DNA of 44,699 nucleotides from Deltaproteobacteria bacterium (lineage in GTDB: Bacteria; Desulfobacterota; Desulfomonilia; UBA1062), in assembly GCA_016929755.1 (NCBI GenBank), contig JAFGIF010000146.1, positions 1 to 44,699 on the forward strand, written 5' to 3'. A model generated the notes under the pieces. That model saw only the letters and a list, made by a program, of their open reading frames with translations, ran no database searches and was not told the DNA's origin. A program made the position numbers and the translations under genes. Every line of letters starts with the position of its first letter. Positions within the stretch are counted from its first letter, which is position 1. Positions 1-9,971 of the stretch are shown here, piece by piece.

Positions 1-708
1 GGCAGCCTTTATTGCATAATAGTCAAACCCCGTATCGAATATCGTTGCTTCCCGGCCCAGCTTGTCTTTGGAGTGGGCATCCGAGTTTGATACCAGGTGA
101 TATCCGTCAAGAGACGAGACCCGCCAATTCATGGGCGGGTCTGACGAAAGCCCTGTTTCGACTGCGAAAATATGGGATGCCAGGTCGAGATAGCACCCTT
201 CAATCGAATCAAAGCCCGACTTTGATCCCAGGGCTGAAAACCAGGGGGTCCAGATATGAGCCGGAATAAGAAAGGCTTCATCATGTGCACCCAGAACAAT
301 TTCCAGAAGATCCCTGGAGTTTATGCCGAGAATAGGTCTGCCGTCGGAGATAATATTACCGATTGCGGCCAAATCCTTGGCAATAGCATGCACGGACTCA
401 AAATCAGGGGCAACCAAGAGATGATGAACTTTTCTCACCTTGTCGTCCTGCTTATAAATAGTGCTGATTTCAGATGTGAGAACGAACCGTGAGGAAAATT
501 TGCCATCCTTTAGCCGATAGAGACCGGGTTCTGCCGGAACAAGGTTTTCTTCGAGCTCTCCAAGCCAGGCAGGATGGGTGAAATCCCCCGTGCCCACTAT
601 GTGCAAACCCTTTTGCAGTGCACCGGAGGCCAGTTCAAAAATAGTGAGATTCTTGCTTGTAGCCCTCGAGTATCGGGAGTGGACGTGGAAATCTGTGAGA
701 AACTTCAT
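1..708 (-). CDS. PHP-domain endonuclease Q-family protein (possibly the N-terminus of a PHP-UvrD fusion), 3' end outside the window
   Basis: Not in the ORF track because it has no stop inside the window. Manual translation from the ATG at 708 gives MKFLTDFHVHSRYSRATSKNL...GTGDFTHPAW...VRKVHHLL...IPAHIWTPWFS...VETGLSSDPPMNWR...SNSDAHS...LGREAT, open to base 1. These are the PHP metal-binding motifs of the EndoQ/TIGR00375 family. Confidence 0.9.
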   Translation of the reverse strand, partial: MKFLTDFHVHSRYSRATSKNLTIFELASGALQKGLHIVGTGDFTHPAWLGELEENLVPAEPGLYRLKDGKFSSRFVLTSEISTIYKQDDKVRKVHHLLVAPDFESVHAIAKDLAAIGNIISDGRPILGINSRDLLEIVLGAHDEAFLIPAHIWTPWFSALGSKSGFDSIEGCYLDLASHIFAVETGLSSDPPMNWRVSSLDGYHLVSNSDAHSKDKLGREATIFDTGFDYYAIKAA

Positions 709-790
709 GATATCATTATCTTCACCATTAAATCATCATTACATATGACATCTTGTCCTCTTCACACCATTCTGATATTTTACACCCGAG

Positions 791-2428
791 ATGAACGTGA
801 AAAAGCTGATAGCTACAGTTATTGTTACCTGTCTCCTATTAGCATGCTCCCCTGATAATAACAAGGAACATATGACCGGCGGGGCTGTAAATGATAGCCC
901 GGTATACGGTGATGTGCTCGTCGAATCCTCGATCGGAGACGCCTCCAATCTGATTCCGATGCTTGCCTCGGACAGTGCATCCCATGACGTGGCGGGATAT
1001 ATCTATAATGGGCTTGTAAAATATGATAAAGATTACAACATCATAAGCGATCTGGCCGATTCATGGGACATCGAAAATGGGGGCAAACTGCTCAGATTTC
1101 ATCTCAAAAAAAATGTACTATGGCATGATGGCAGGCCTTTCACAGCCCACGATGTGATGTTCACCTATCAAACCATCATCGATCCGAAAACCCCCACGGC
1201 TTATGCCGGGAAATACAAACTGGTAAAGTCCGCCTCTCTGATAGACGACTACACCATTGAATTTGAATACGATAAACCCTTTGCTCCATCGCTGATCAGT
1301 TGGGGTTCGCTGCAGATACTTCCCAAACATCTTCTCGAAGGGCAGAATCTCGTTTCGTCCCCTCTTACAAGGTCGCCTGTGGGAACCGGCCCTTTCAAAT
1401 TCAAGAGCTGGCAGTCAGGTTCCAGAATCGTACTCGAGGCCAATGAGCGCTATTTTAACGGCAGACCCTACATTTCGGGTCTGGCCTACCGGATTATTCC
1501 CGACCAGACAACCCAGTTCCTGGAACTCAAGGCCGGCAACATAGACACCATGGGGCTTTCTCCGTTGCAGTTCCTGCGTCAGACCGACTCTCAGCACTTC
1601 CAGGCCATGTACAAAAAATACAAGTACCTGGCCAATGCTTACACCTATCTTGGGTTCAATCTGCAACGCTCTCCGTTTGATAACATCAACATCCGCCGGG
1701 CCATTTCCCATGCGATTGACAAACAGGAGATCATCAAGGGGGTTCTTTTAGGCCTGGGTGAAGAAGCTACCGGACCCTACAAACCCGGTACCCAGTGGTA
1801 TAATCCCGACGTCGAACGATTTGACTATGATCCGCAAAAAGCGCGCAATCTTTTGAATAAAGAGGGCTACAAAGACTCTAACGGAGATGGAATTCTGGAT
1901 CGCAACGGCAAACCCTTTGAATTTACTATTATTACCAATCAGGGCAACCCCTTGCGCGAGAAAACCGCCCAGATCATTCAGCAACGCCTCAAGACCACGG
2001 GGATCAAAGTCAATATCCGCATCATTGAATGGACTGTCTTCCTCAAAGAATATGTTGACAAGGCCAATTTCGATGCCGTAATTCTGGGCTGGAATATCCT
2101 GCAGGACCCTGATCTGCACACGGTCTGGCATTCGAGCAATGCTACCAAAGGCGGCCTCAACTTTATCAGCTATAAAAATGCGCAAGTCGACGAACTGCTT
2201 GAAAAAGGAAGATACTCTTTTGACGATAAGGTACGCAAGCAATGCTATGACAACTTCCAGAAAATTCTGTCCCATGAACAACCCTATGTGTTTCTATATG
2301 TACCATACAGTCTTCCGGTAGTAAGCTCCAGATTTAAAGGCATCGTGCCGGCCCCTGCCGGTATAAGCTATAATCTTGAAGACTGGTACGTGCCCAAAGG
2401 CCTGCATAAATATCAGGTTGTCCCATAG
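791..2428 (+). CDS. Peptide/nickel ABC transporter substrate-binding lipoprotein (family 5, DppA/AppA-like)
   Basis: 545 aa with lipobox LLLAC and the family-5 motifs LADSW, WHDGRPFTAHDV, PVGTGPF and IRRAISHAID. Confidence 0.93.
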   Translation: MNVKKLIATVIVTCLLLACSPDNNKEHMTGGAVNDSPVYGDVLVESSIGDASNLIPMLASDSASHDVAGYIYNGLVKYDKDYNIISDLADSWDIENGGKLLRFHLKKNVLWHDGRPFTAHDVMFTYQTIIDPKTPTAYAGKYKLVKSASLIDDYTIEFEYDKPFAPSLISWGSLQILPKHLLEGQNLVSSPLTRSPVGTGPFKFKSWQSGSRIVLEANERYFNGRPYISGLAYRIIPDQTTQFLELKAGNIDTMGLSPLQFLRQTDSQHFQAMYKKYKYLANAYTYLGFNLQRSPFDNINIRRAISHAIDKQEIIKGVLLGLGEEATGPYKPGTQWYNPDVERFDYDPQKARNLLNKEGYKDSNGDGILDRNGKPFEFTIITNQGNPLREKTAQIIQQRLKTTGIKVNIRIIEWTVFLKEYVDKANFDAVILGWNILQDPDLHTVWHSSNATKGGLNFISYKNAQVDELLEKGRYSFDDKVRKQCYDNFQKILSHEQPYVFLYVPYSLPVVSSRFKGIVPAPAGISYNLEDWYVPKGLHKYQVVP

Positions 2429-2435
2429 GTAGAAT

Positions 2436-3410
2436 ATGCTGAAATATCTGGCTAAACGCTTTTTGCTGCTGCTCCCGACATTTATCGGCATCACGATCGT
2501 TTGTTTTTTGGTGATTCACCTGGCTCCCGGTGAACCCACGGCGCTGCAGACCGAGCTCAATCCGAATATCACGCCGCAGGCTATCGGACAACTGCGCACA
2601 CATTACGGGTTGGATAAACCACTGACGCTCCAGTATGCGTTGTGGATGAAGAACCTTATCAAGCTCGATTTCGGCAACTCCATATCTTCCGACGAAAGAC
2701 CAGTATGGGAAAAAATCAAAGAACGTATGCCGATCACCATCTACATCAATATAGCTGCTATGGTTATCATCTTCCTGGTTGCCATACCACTGGGTTTGAT
2801 ATCCGCGGTTCGCCGGGGCAGCGCAGTAGACCGTTCGATAACGGTCTTTGTTTTCATAGGTTTTTCCATACCCGGCTTCTGGCTGGCCCTGATCTGCATG
2901 GACCTGCTCGGAGTACGCCTGGGCTGGCTGCCGATTTCGGGCATCCATTCCCCGGGCTACGAACACTTGAGCTTTATCGGTAACATCTGGGATCTCTCGC
3001 GGCATCTGACACTGCCGGTGATTATCTCGGCCTTCGGCTCTCTGGCCGGGCTGAGCCGTTACATGCGCTCAAGCATGCTGGAGATCATCCGCCAGGATTA
3101 TATCCTGACTGCACGGGCCAAAGGGCTGTCGGAAAGAACCGTGATCTACAAGCACGCCCTCAGAAATGCCCTGCTGCCCGTGATCACGATCCTGGGACTT
3201 TCCATCCCGGGACTGATCGGCGGCAGCGTTATCTTCGAGAGCATCTTTTCCATTCCGGGTCTGGGCAAGCTCTTTTATGATGCAATCATGATGCGGGATT
3301 ATAATATGATTATGGGCAGTCTGACTATCGGCGCCGTGCTGACTTTGCTGGGCAACATGATTGCCGATATAACCTACAGCATCGCTGATCCGCGCATACG
3401 GGTGGGCTGA
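2436..3410 (+). CDS. Peptide ABC transporter permease (DppB/OppB-like)
   Basis: HLAPGEP, EAA loop [23 protein letters not shown] and C-terminal DPRI. Confidence 0.93.
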   Translation: MLKYLAKRFLLLLPTFIGITIVCFLVIHLAPGEPTALQTELNPNITPQAIGQLRTHYGLDKPLTLQYALWMKNLIKLDFGNSISSDERPVWEKIKERMPITIYINIAAMVIIFLVAIPLGLISAVRRGSAVDRSITVFVFIGFSIPGFWLALICMDLLGVRLGWLPISGIHSPGYEHLSFIGNIWDLSRHLTLPVIISAFGSLAGLSRYMRSSMLEIIRQDYILTARAKGLSERTVIYKHALRNALLPVITILGLSIPGLIGGSVIFESIFSIPGLGKLFYDAIMMRDYNMIMGSLTIGAVLTLLGNMIADITYSIADPRIRVG

Positions 3411-3411
3411 C

Positions 3412-4239
3412 ATGGGATTCTGGTCGCGTTTTTTCAGAGACAAACTGGCAGTAACCGGCCTGATAATGGTAGCAATATTTTTTATACTCTCAATCGGGGC
3501 AGGGCTTATCGCGCCGTATGATCCCAACCTGATCGATGTGAACAACATCCTGGAATCACCCTCAATCGCCCACCTTTTCGGCACCGACGAACTGGGCCGG
3601 GATGTATTTACCCGTATGCTCTACGGAGCCGGCATCTCGCTGAAGGTCGGGTTTGTGGCAGTCGGGATCGCGGTACTGATCGGGGTAGTGCTGGGTGCTG
3701 TTTCAGGCTATTACGGCGGCTGGGTAGATATCCTCATCATGCGTTTGGTTGACATCATGCTGTGTTTTCCATCGTTTTTCCTGATTCTGGCGGTCATCGC
3801 CTTTTTAGAACCCAGTATTTTCAACATCATGGCTGTCATCGGGCTGACATCATGGATGGGGATTACCCGGCTGGTGCGGGCCGAATTTCTGACCCTCAAA
3901 GAGAGGGATTACGTGCTGGCCGAAAAAACCATCGGAGCAGGCAGTCTGCGGATCATTTTTATCCACATTCTGCCCAATGCCTTGGCCCCGGTCCTGGTGG
4001 CAGCCACCCTGGGAATTGCCTCTGCGGTCCTGACCGAATCAGCCCTGTCATTCCTTGGCATCGGGGTGCAGCCACCAACACCCAGCTGGGGCAATATCCT
4101 CACCCAGGGGAAAAGCGTGCTGGGTGTTGCCTGGTGGTTGTCGTTCTTTCCGGGAATGGCAATCCTGTTGACCGTTCTGGGTTACAACCTGCTGGGTGAA
4201 GGAATCCGGGATGCCATCGATCCAAGGCTCAGGGGGTAG
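3412..4239 (+). CDS. Peptide ABC transporter permease (DppC/OppC-like)
   Basis: HLFGTDELGRDVFTR, HILPN, ESALSFLGIG, PSWG and GEGIRDAIDPR. Confidence 0.93.
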   Translation: MGFWSRFFRDKLAVTGLIMVAIFFILSIGAGLIAPYDPNLIDVNNILESPSIAHLFGTDELGRDVFTRMLYGAGISLKVGFVAVGIAVLIGVVLGAVSGYYGGWVDILIMRLVDIMLCFPSFFLILAVIAFLEPSIFNIMAVIGLTSWMGITRLVRAEFLTLKERDYVLAEKTIGAGSLRIIFIHILPNALAPVLVAATLGIASAVLTESALSFLGIGVQPPTPSWGNILTQGKSVLGVAWWLSFFPGMAILLTVLGYNLLGEGIRDAIDPRLRG

Positions 4240-4336
4240 GCGAATGAAAAATTATGAATTAAGAATGGAAAAATACAAGAAACAAACCCTTCATTCATGA
4301 TTGAAAAACCCTTCTGCCTTGGGCCCTTGGCCCTGT

Positions 4337-6214
4337 TTACATCAACTTTTCCTGATCGATGATAATTTTATGTTTTTCATGCACCTGATTTCTGAAGGTC
4401 TCAAAAAGTATCTCTTTTTTCTGTGTCAGCAGTTCTTTTTTGAGCGAGTCAGCAAGTTCCTGGCTGAGGTCTTCAAGGGGTGCATTTTTCTTTTCTTTGA
4501 GCCAGATAACATAAATGTCTTTTTTGATTGTATACACTTTGGGTGAGGTTAAATTATCAAGATCTTTTTTAACTTGCTCAGCATTACCGAGCTTGGGTAG
4601 CGCCCAGACAGAACGCTGGAATTCACCGGTAGACTCGGGCTTGTATGGCTGTAGTTGACTGCTGTCCAACGATGCAAGCTCACTAGCCTTTCCAAGAGCC
4701 GCCTCATTTAATTTGTTCTGCTTTAGATCAGAGATAAGCGCCTCTTTGACCTTGGCCAGCTCAGGGATCGTCGCAGAGATTCGGTCCGTTACCTGGAAAA
4801 GAAGATAGCCATTATCAATATCTACCACATCACCGATCTCACCTTGGGGATACTTGAATGCTTCCTGGGTAATGGTTCTGCCCTTGGGTAGTTTGACAGG
4901 TTCATTCTCGGCAAACGGTCCTATTTCAAGAACCTTAAACCCACGTGCCTCGGCAAAAGCATTCAGATCAACATCAGGTAGCTCGTAGACTTCAATAAAG
5001 GCTGCGTTGGCCTCGTCATAGGCTCTGTCCTTGGCTATCCTCTGCTTCAATGTCTCGATCACCGCAGAAGATACATCTTCAAATGGTTTAAGCTTGGCAT
5101 CTGTTTTGTCATCAAGTTTAAAGATGTGGAACCCGAATCTGCTGCGCACAGGTCCCTTGATCTCGCCGGGTTGCATGCCAAGCAGTATATTGCCCATCCC
5201 GTCTGTCAGGCCATTGAGGTCTTCGCTACTCAGCGTTCCCAGATCTCCCCCCTTAGCCGCGCTGCCAGGATCCTGTGAATATTTCTTGGCCAGTTCGGCA
5301 AAATCCTTACCTGACTGGGCTTCTTCCAAAATTTTATTTGTGTCAAGCTCCTTCCGGGCTATCTCTTTCTCATCTGCCTTCGGGTCCACGAGAGTCAATA
5401 TATGACGCACCTTAAGGCGGGCCGGGATCGTATAAACGCTTTTGTGGTTATCATAGTACTCCTGAGCCTCTTCAGGGGTTACTGTAATGTCATTCATATA
5501 CGCCTTCGTCTCGAAGGTAATATAGGCAATGGATGTCTTGGGTGGTTCCTTATAGGCTTCTTTATGTGCTTCATAATATGCTTGCAGCTCGTTTTCATCT
5601 ACCTGGATATCCTGCTCTTGCTCATCAGGATTGACACGAATGAAATACAGATCATAACTGTCGTACTTATCCCGATAGGCGGCCTGCAACTCCTGCTGAG
5701 ATACATATACAGAGTCAGTAAGCAGTTTATATAGTTTCTCTCTAAGTATAGTGTTGCGCTGTTGATCTTCAAATCCCTGTGGTGTCAGATTGTAGTAGTC
5801 CAGAACCCGTCGATAACTCTCAAGATCGAAGCTGCCGTCGCGCACAAAGGCGGGGTATTGCTGGATCGCATCCTGCAATTCCTGATCGGTGACAATAACC
5901 CCCAAATTTGCGGCCTCGTTCTCCATTATGTACTGATCAATCATTTCATCCAGAACCCTCTGTTTAAGGTTAAGGCTTTTGAGAACTTCATCATTAAACA
6001 TATCGCCGTAGCGCTCGCGGTAGGCGCTTAGCGCATCTTGATATGCCTTGGAAAACTGCTGGCTGGAAATAATGTAGTTGTCCACCTTGGCGACCTTGTT
6101 CGCTTCGCGCGCCCAGTAAGTGCTTCCACCCCAGAATACGAAAACAATAATAATCAGACCAAAAATGAATTTTGTGATCCAGCTTTTGGAATGCCTGCGC
6201 ATGTATGTAAGCAT
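4337..6214 (-). CDS. ppiD: Periplasmic chaperone/peptidyl-prolyl isomerase PpiD
   Basis: 625 aa with an N-terminal TM anchor, a SurA_N-like region and the rotamase motifs VRHIL, FAELAKKYSQDPGSAAKGGDLG and SRFGFHIFK. Confidence 0.88.
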   Translation of the reverse strand: MLTYMRRHSKSWITKFIFGLIIIVFVFWGGSTYWAREANKVAKVDNYIISSQQFSKAYQDALSAYRERYGDMFNDEVLKSLNLKQRVLDEMIDQYIMENEAANLGVIVTDQELQDAIQQYPAFVRDGSFDLESYRRVLDYYNLTPQGFEDQQRNTILREKLYKLLTDSVYVSQQELQAAYRDKYDSYDLYFIRVNPDEQEQDIQVDENELQAYYEAHKEAYKEPPKTSIAYITFETKAYMNDITVTPEEAQEYYDNHKSVYTIPARLKVRHILTLVDPKADEKEIARKELDTNKILEEAQSGKDFAELAKKYSQDPGSAAKGGDLGTLSSEDLNGLTDGMGNILLGMQPGEIKGPVRSRFGFHIFKLDDKTDAKLKPFEDVSSAVIETLKQRIAKDRAYDEANAAFIEVYELPDVDLNAFAEARGFKVLEIGPFAENEPVKLPKGRTITQEAFKYPQGEIGDVVDIDNGYLLFQVTDRISATIPELAKVKEALISDLKQNKLNEAALGKASELASLDSSQLQPYKPESTGEFQRSVWALPKLGNAEQVKKDLDNLTSPKVYTIKKDIYVIWLKEKKNAPLEDLSQELADSLKKELLTQKKEILFETFRNQVHEKHKIIIDQEKLM

Positions 6215-6257
6215 TAGGTACTCACTCCCTTTTTCTCACTAGTATATGATTGAAGGA

Positions 6258-6286
6258 ACCATAGATGAATAGGACAATTTTTGCAA
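6258..6286 (-). promoter_or_regulatory. Putative sigma70 promoter of ppiD
   Basis: Minus strand reads TTGCAA-N17-TATGGT, ending about 45 bp upstream of the start codon. Confidence 0.4.
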
Positions 6287-6374
6287 GACTGAGGTTATGG
6301 GTCGAAAAACTCCGGCATGAACCGCAATGACAAGAATTATTACAATATATGTTTTGATCAACATAACATAGAAG

Positions 6375-6403
6375 TTGACATCTCTATTGTATATCCTTAG
6401 TAT
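6375..6403 (+). promoter_or_regulatory. Putative sigma70 promoter of wtpABC
   Basis: TTGACA-N17-TAGTAT. The SD GAGGAGG precedes the ATG at 6506. Confidence 0.65.
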
Positions 6404-6505
6404 CCATAACTTGCTGAAAAATCAGACGTGGGAATCAGTGGATGTTGACGTGGACGCAAAACATTTTACCCTATATAACAAAATCATAATTGAGGAGGAT
6501 CACTG

Positions 6506-7498
6506 ATGAATAGATACTCTCTTCGTTTCATGGAACTGGCCGCAATGATGGTTTTGTGTGCCTTGTTACTGCTGCTGCCGTCCTTGGGCCAGGCAGAACC
6601 CAAGGGGACCCTTACCATGTTTCATGCCGGAAGTCTGTCCGTGCCGTTTGCGGCCATGGAAAAAGCGTTTGAAGCCACTTATCCTGCTGTCGATCTGCAA
6701 CGCGAGGCCAGCGGAAGCCAGAAGGCCGCCCGCAAGATATCCGACCTGCACAAACCCTGCGACATCATGGCCTCAGCCGACTACACGGTGATCGACAAAT
6801 TATTAATTCCGGATTATGCATCCTGGAATATCCGCTTTGCGACCAATCAACTCGTACTGTGTTACACCGAAAAGAGCAAATACGCCGGTGAAATCAACGC
6901 CGTCAACTGGTATAAATTTTTGCAAAAACAGGGCGTTGTCTGGGGACACTCGGACCCCAATCTCGATCCTTGCGGCTACCGCTCACTGATGGTGATGCAG
7001 CTGGCCGAAAGGTACTACAAGATCGACGCCCTTTATGAGAGCCTGCTGGCCAACCGGCCCAAGGAAAACATCCGTCCCAAATCCGTAGAGCTGATTTCTC
7101 TGTTGCAGACCGGTAACATGGACTATGCTTGGGAATATCTTTCCGTAGCGGTTCAGCACGAATTGAAATACATCACCCTTCCTGACCAGATCAACCTTGG
7201 CAACTACGAATATGATGACTTCTACGCCAATGCAATCGTAAAGGTCACCGGTAAAAAACCCGGCGAATTCATGGAAATGAAGGGGCAATCTGTAACCTAT
7301 GGCGTTACCCTGGTTAAAGACACACCAAATCAGGAGGCTGCTATTGCCTTTCTGCGCTATATGCTCGACCCTAATGGTGGCCTGAAGATTCTCAAGGAAA
7401 TGGGACAGCCGCCCTTCATCCCCTGCAGGGTTCCTTCTGAAGAGATGAAATCCATCTTGCCCGCTGAAATCAAGGGGCTTGTGGAAGTCAAAAATTAA
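6506..7498 (+). CDS. wtpA: Tungstate/molybdate ABC transporter substrate-binding protein WtpA
   Basis: Signal peptide, then [33 protein letters not shown] and RPKSVEL, which are WtpA-type motifs. Confidence 0.88.
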   Translation: MNRYSLRFMELAAMMVLCALLLLLPSLGQAEPKGTLTMFHAGSLSVPFAAMEKAFEATYPAVDLQREASGSQKAARKISDLHKPCDIMASADYTVIDKLLIPDYASWNIRFATNQLVLCYTEKSKYAGEINAVNWYKFLQKQGVVWGHSDPNLDPCGYRSLMVMQLAERYYKIDALYESLLANRPKENIRPKSVELISLLQTGNMDYAWEYLSVAVQHELKYITLPDQINLGNYEYDDFYANAIVKVTGKKPGEFMEMKGQSVTYGVTLVKDTPNQEAAIAFLRYMLDPNGGLKILKEMGQPPFIPCRVPSEEMKSILPAEIKGLVEVKN

Positions 7499-7513
7499 TT
7501 CCAGAGAAGCCTG

Positions 7514-8305
7514 ATGACCAAGAGGGAGCCTTTTTTCTGGATCACGGTATCGTGCGGCATTATTGTGCTTGCCTTTATTCTGCTGCCGCTGATCGAAATG
7601 TTGAGTGCTCCGTCGGCTGTAATGCTCAAAGAAACCCTTAAAGACAAAGATGTCGTGCGGTCGATCTGGCTGAGTATGTACACCGCCTTGGCGGCCGCAT
7701 GTATTTCCTTCGTGTTCGGGACACCGCTGGCCTATGTACTGGCTCGCACCAACTTCCACGGCAAACGTCTGGTGGAAAGCATCATCGATCTGCCGATTGT
7801 GATCCCGCATCCCGTCGTGGGTATCGCCATCTTAAGCGTGGCCGGCAAAAACCACTGGCTCGGGCAAATCATGAGCGAGCTGGGGGTACGCATCATGGGC
7901 AGTGTGACCGGCATCATTACCGTTCTGACCTTTGTGGGGATTCCTTTCTATATCAATGCTGCAAAAGACGGCTTCGAAGGCATCTCCCCCAGGCTGGAAA
8001 ACGTGGCTCGTAGCCTTGGGGCACCGATGTTTAGCACCTTTTTCCGTATAACGTTTCCGCTGGCGTGGCGCAGTATGCTGGTTGGTTTGATTATGTGCTG
8101 CGCTCGTGCCATCAGTGAATTCGGTGCCGTTGTCATCGTGGCCTACCATCCCATGATCGCCCCGGTCATGATCTATGAACGTTTCGAAAGCTACGGATTA
8201 AAATACTCCCAACCGGTAGCGGTTTGGCTGGTGCTGGTATGCTTAAGCCTGTTTCTGATCCTTAGAATTCTGGCCTTGCCCAAGAAAAACAGGAACCATG
8301 ATTGA
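7514..8305 (+). CDS. wtpB: Tungstate ABC transporter permease WtpB
   Basis: IIDLPIVIPHPVVGI, EAA-like LENVARSLGA and ARAISEFGAV; follows wtpA. Confidence 0.87.
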   Translation: MTKREPFFWITVSCGIIVLAFILLPLIEMLSAPSAVMLKETLKDKDVVRSIWLSMYTALAAACISFVFGTPLAYVLARTNFHGKRLVESIIDLPIVIPHPVVGIAILSVAGKNHWLGQIMSELGVRIMGSVTGIITVLTFVGIPFYINAAKDGFEGISPRLENVARSLGAPMFSTFFRITFPLAWRSMLVGLIMCCARAISEFGAVVIVAYHPMIAPVMIYERFESYGLKYSQPVAVWLVLVCLSLFLILRILALPKKNRNHD

Positions 8306-9335
8306 ATTACACAATATCAATGTCCGTCTGGGCCAATTCAGACTCAAAAATATCGACCTCAATATAGATTCCAACGACTTCTTCGTACTCATGGGGCCCA
8401 CCGGCGCAGGCAAGACCGTACTTCTGGAGGCAATTGCCGGGTTGGTGCCGCTTGAATACGGCAGGATAACAATCGCCGGCCGCGATGTCACGGGTACGGC
8501 TCCTGAAAAACGCGGCGTAAGCATCATGTACCAGGATTATGCCCTTTTTCCACACTTGACAATCTCCCAAAACATTTCCTTTGGCGTGCGGTACCATGCA
8601 AAGGCGAAAAGTGAATCAGGCTCTAGATTTGAACGACTGGTACGGGAGTTGAATATCGGCCACCTCCTCAAGCGCTATCCTGAAACCTTGAGCGGCGGCG
8701 AGCTGCAGCGGGCAGCACTGGCCAGGGCTCTCATGGTCGAACCGCAGGTCATCCTGCTTGATGAACCGCTTTCGGCCCTTGACCCGGGGTTCCGAGAAGA
8801 AATCCGGCTGCTCTTGAAAAATCTGCATGAATCTTCAGGCATGACGTTCTTCATGGTAACCCACGATTTTGCCGAGACCCTGTCGCTGGCAACCACGGCG
8901 GCAGTCATGAATAACGGCATCATCGAACAGGCCGGCAACGTACAGGAAATATTTCAAAAGCCCTGCTCCACTTTCGTGGCCGATTTCGTGGGCATGAAAA
9001 ACATTCTCCCAGCCATATTCAACAAACATACTTCGAGAATCGGATCCCTTACAGTCGAGATGGCGACGATACCTGTTGACACCGGCGGATTCATCGCCAT
9101 CAGACCCGAAGATATCGTAATCAGCACGCACAAGCCGGCTTCAAGCATGTGCAATTCATTCTACGGCGTGGTCAGCGCCATCATCGACCAGGGCTTTTCG
9201 TATGAGGTTCATGTACAGGTGGAGGATATTACCTTTAAATCACTGATCACCAAGGGGTCTCTGATTGACCTCGGCATCCGCGAGGGTCTGGTAGTGCATC
9301 TGTCCTTCAAGGCCACAGCGATTCATTGTTTCTGA
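8298..9335 (+). CDS. wtpC: Tungstate ABC transporter ATPase with C-terminal TOBE domain
   Basis: Walker A GPTGAGKT, signature LSGGE, Walker B LLDEP and the TOBE-like tail SMCNSFYGVV...SLITKGSLIDLGI. Confidence 0.87.
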   Translation: MIELHNINVRLGQFRLKNIDLNIDSNDFFVLMGPTGAGKTVLLEAIAGLVPLEYGRITIAGRDVTGTAPEKRGVSIMYQDYALFPHLTISQNISFGVRYHAKAKSESGSRFERLVRELNIGHLLKRYPETLSGGELQRAALARALMVEPQVILLDEPLSALDPGFREEIRLLLKNLHESSGMTFFMVTHDFAETLSLATTAAVMNNGIIEQAGNVQEIFQKPCSTFVADFVGMKNILPAIFNKHTSRIGSLTVEMATIPVDTGGFIAIRPEDIVISTHKPASSMCNSFYGVVSAIIDQGFSYEVHVQVEDITFKSLITKGSLIDLGIREGLVVHLSFKATAIHCF

Positions 9336-9474
9336 TTCTCGTAAAAACCGACCACTTAATCACCCTATTGCCGGAAAATTCATAAATCGAACCCTTTTGT
9401 AATTGTAATATGTCTGCAAAAGGAAAGACTACGTATTCCTGGGTCAACTCGAATTAATTATAATTTAAAAAAAC

Positions 9475-9502
9475 TAAAGATTTATAATAAATAAATCGAT
9501 GA
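9475..9502 (+). promoter_or_regulatory. Possible sigma28 (FliA) promoter of cheY
   Basis: TAAA-N16-ATCGATGA against the consensus TAAA-N15/16-GCCGATAA, 26 bp upstream of the ATG. The AT-rich context weakens the -35 match. Confidence 0.4.
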
Positions 9503-9528
9503 CATAGGTATGATAGCTGGAGGCAACA

Positions 9529-9912
9529 ATGGCTATAGATAAGAGTATGAAAGTGCTGGTTATCGATGACTTCTCAACCATGCGCAGGATCACAAAGAGC
9601 ATTCTCAAACAATTGGGGTTTACCAATATCATCGAGGCGGATGACGGAAAGTCCGGTTTGCAAATCCTTAAGACAGATGCGATCGGCATCATTATTGCCG
9701 ACTTGAACATGCCGGAAATGAACGGGCTTGAACTGTTAAAGACAATCAGGGCAGATGATACATTGAAAGATCTTCCTTTTCTGATAGTCACGACCGTGGC
9801 TCAACAGGAAAATATTTCTGAAGCCTTAGCCTGCAGCATGAAAGACTATATTGTAAAACCTTTTACGGTCGAGAACCTGAAGCAGAAAATCGATCAGGCT
9901 TTCGATAGGTAG
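9529..9912 (+). CDS. cheY: Chemotaxis response regulator CheY (orphan)
   Basis: MKVLVIDDFSTMRRI, phosphoacceptor in ADLNMPEMNGLELL, and YIVKPFT; SD GGAGG. Confidence 0.88.
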   Translation: MAIDKSMKVLVIDDFSTMRRITKSILKQLGFTNIIEADDGKSGLQILKTDAIGIIIADLNMPEMNGLELLKTIRADDTLKDLPFLIVTTVAQQENISEALACSMKDYIVKPFTVENLKQKIDQAFDR

Positions 9913-9971
9913 AATACCATACAGGCACTATAAGATATTTAGTATTTCACACGGCACATAAAGGTATTTCC

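Noticed and set aside
12-855. Plus-strand ORFs 12..269, 256..492 and 574..855
   Set aside because: They are shadows of the minus-strand PHP/EndoQ gene and carry no recognisable motifs.
6405-6505. Moco/Wco or c-di-GMP-I riboswitch in the wtpA leader (contains GGACGCAAAAC)
   Set aside because: The flanking stems and other conserved blocks of either motif are missing.
6983-7810. Long antisense ORFs (275 aa here; also 41196..41978 and 2334..3005)
   Set aside because: They lie opposite well-supported genes and are explained by codon bias.
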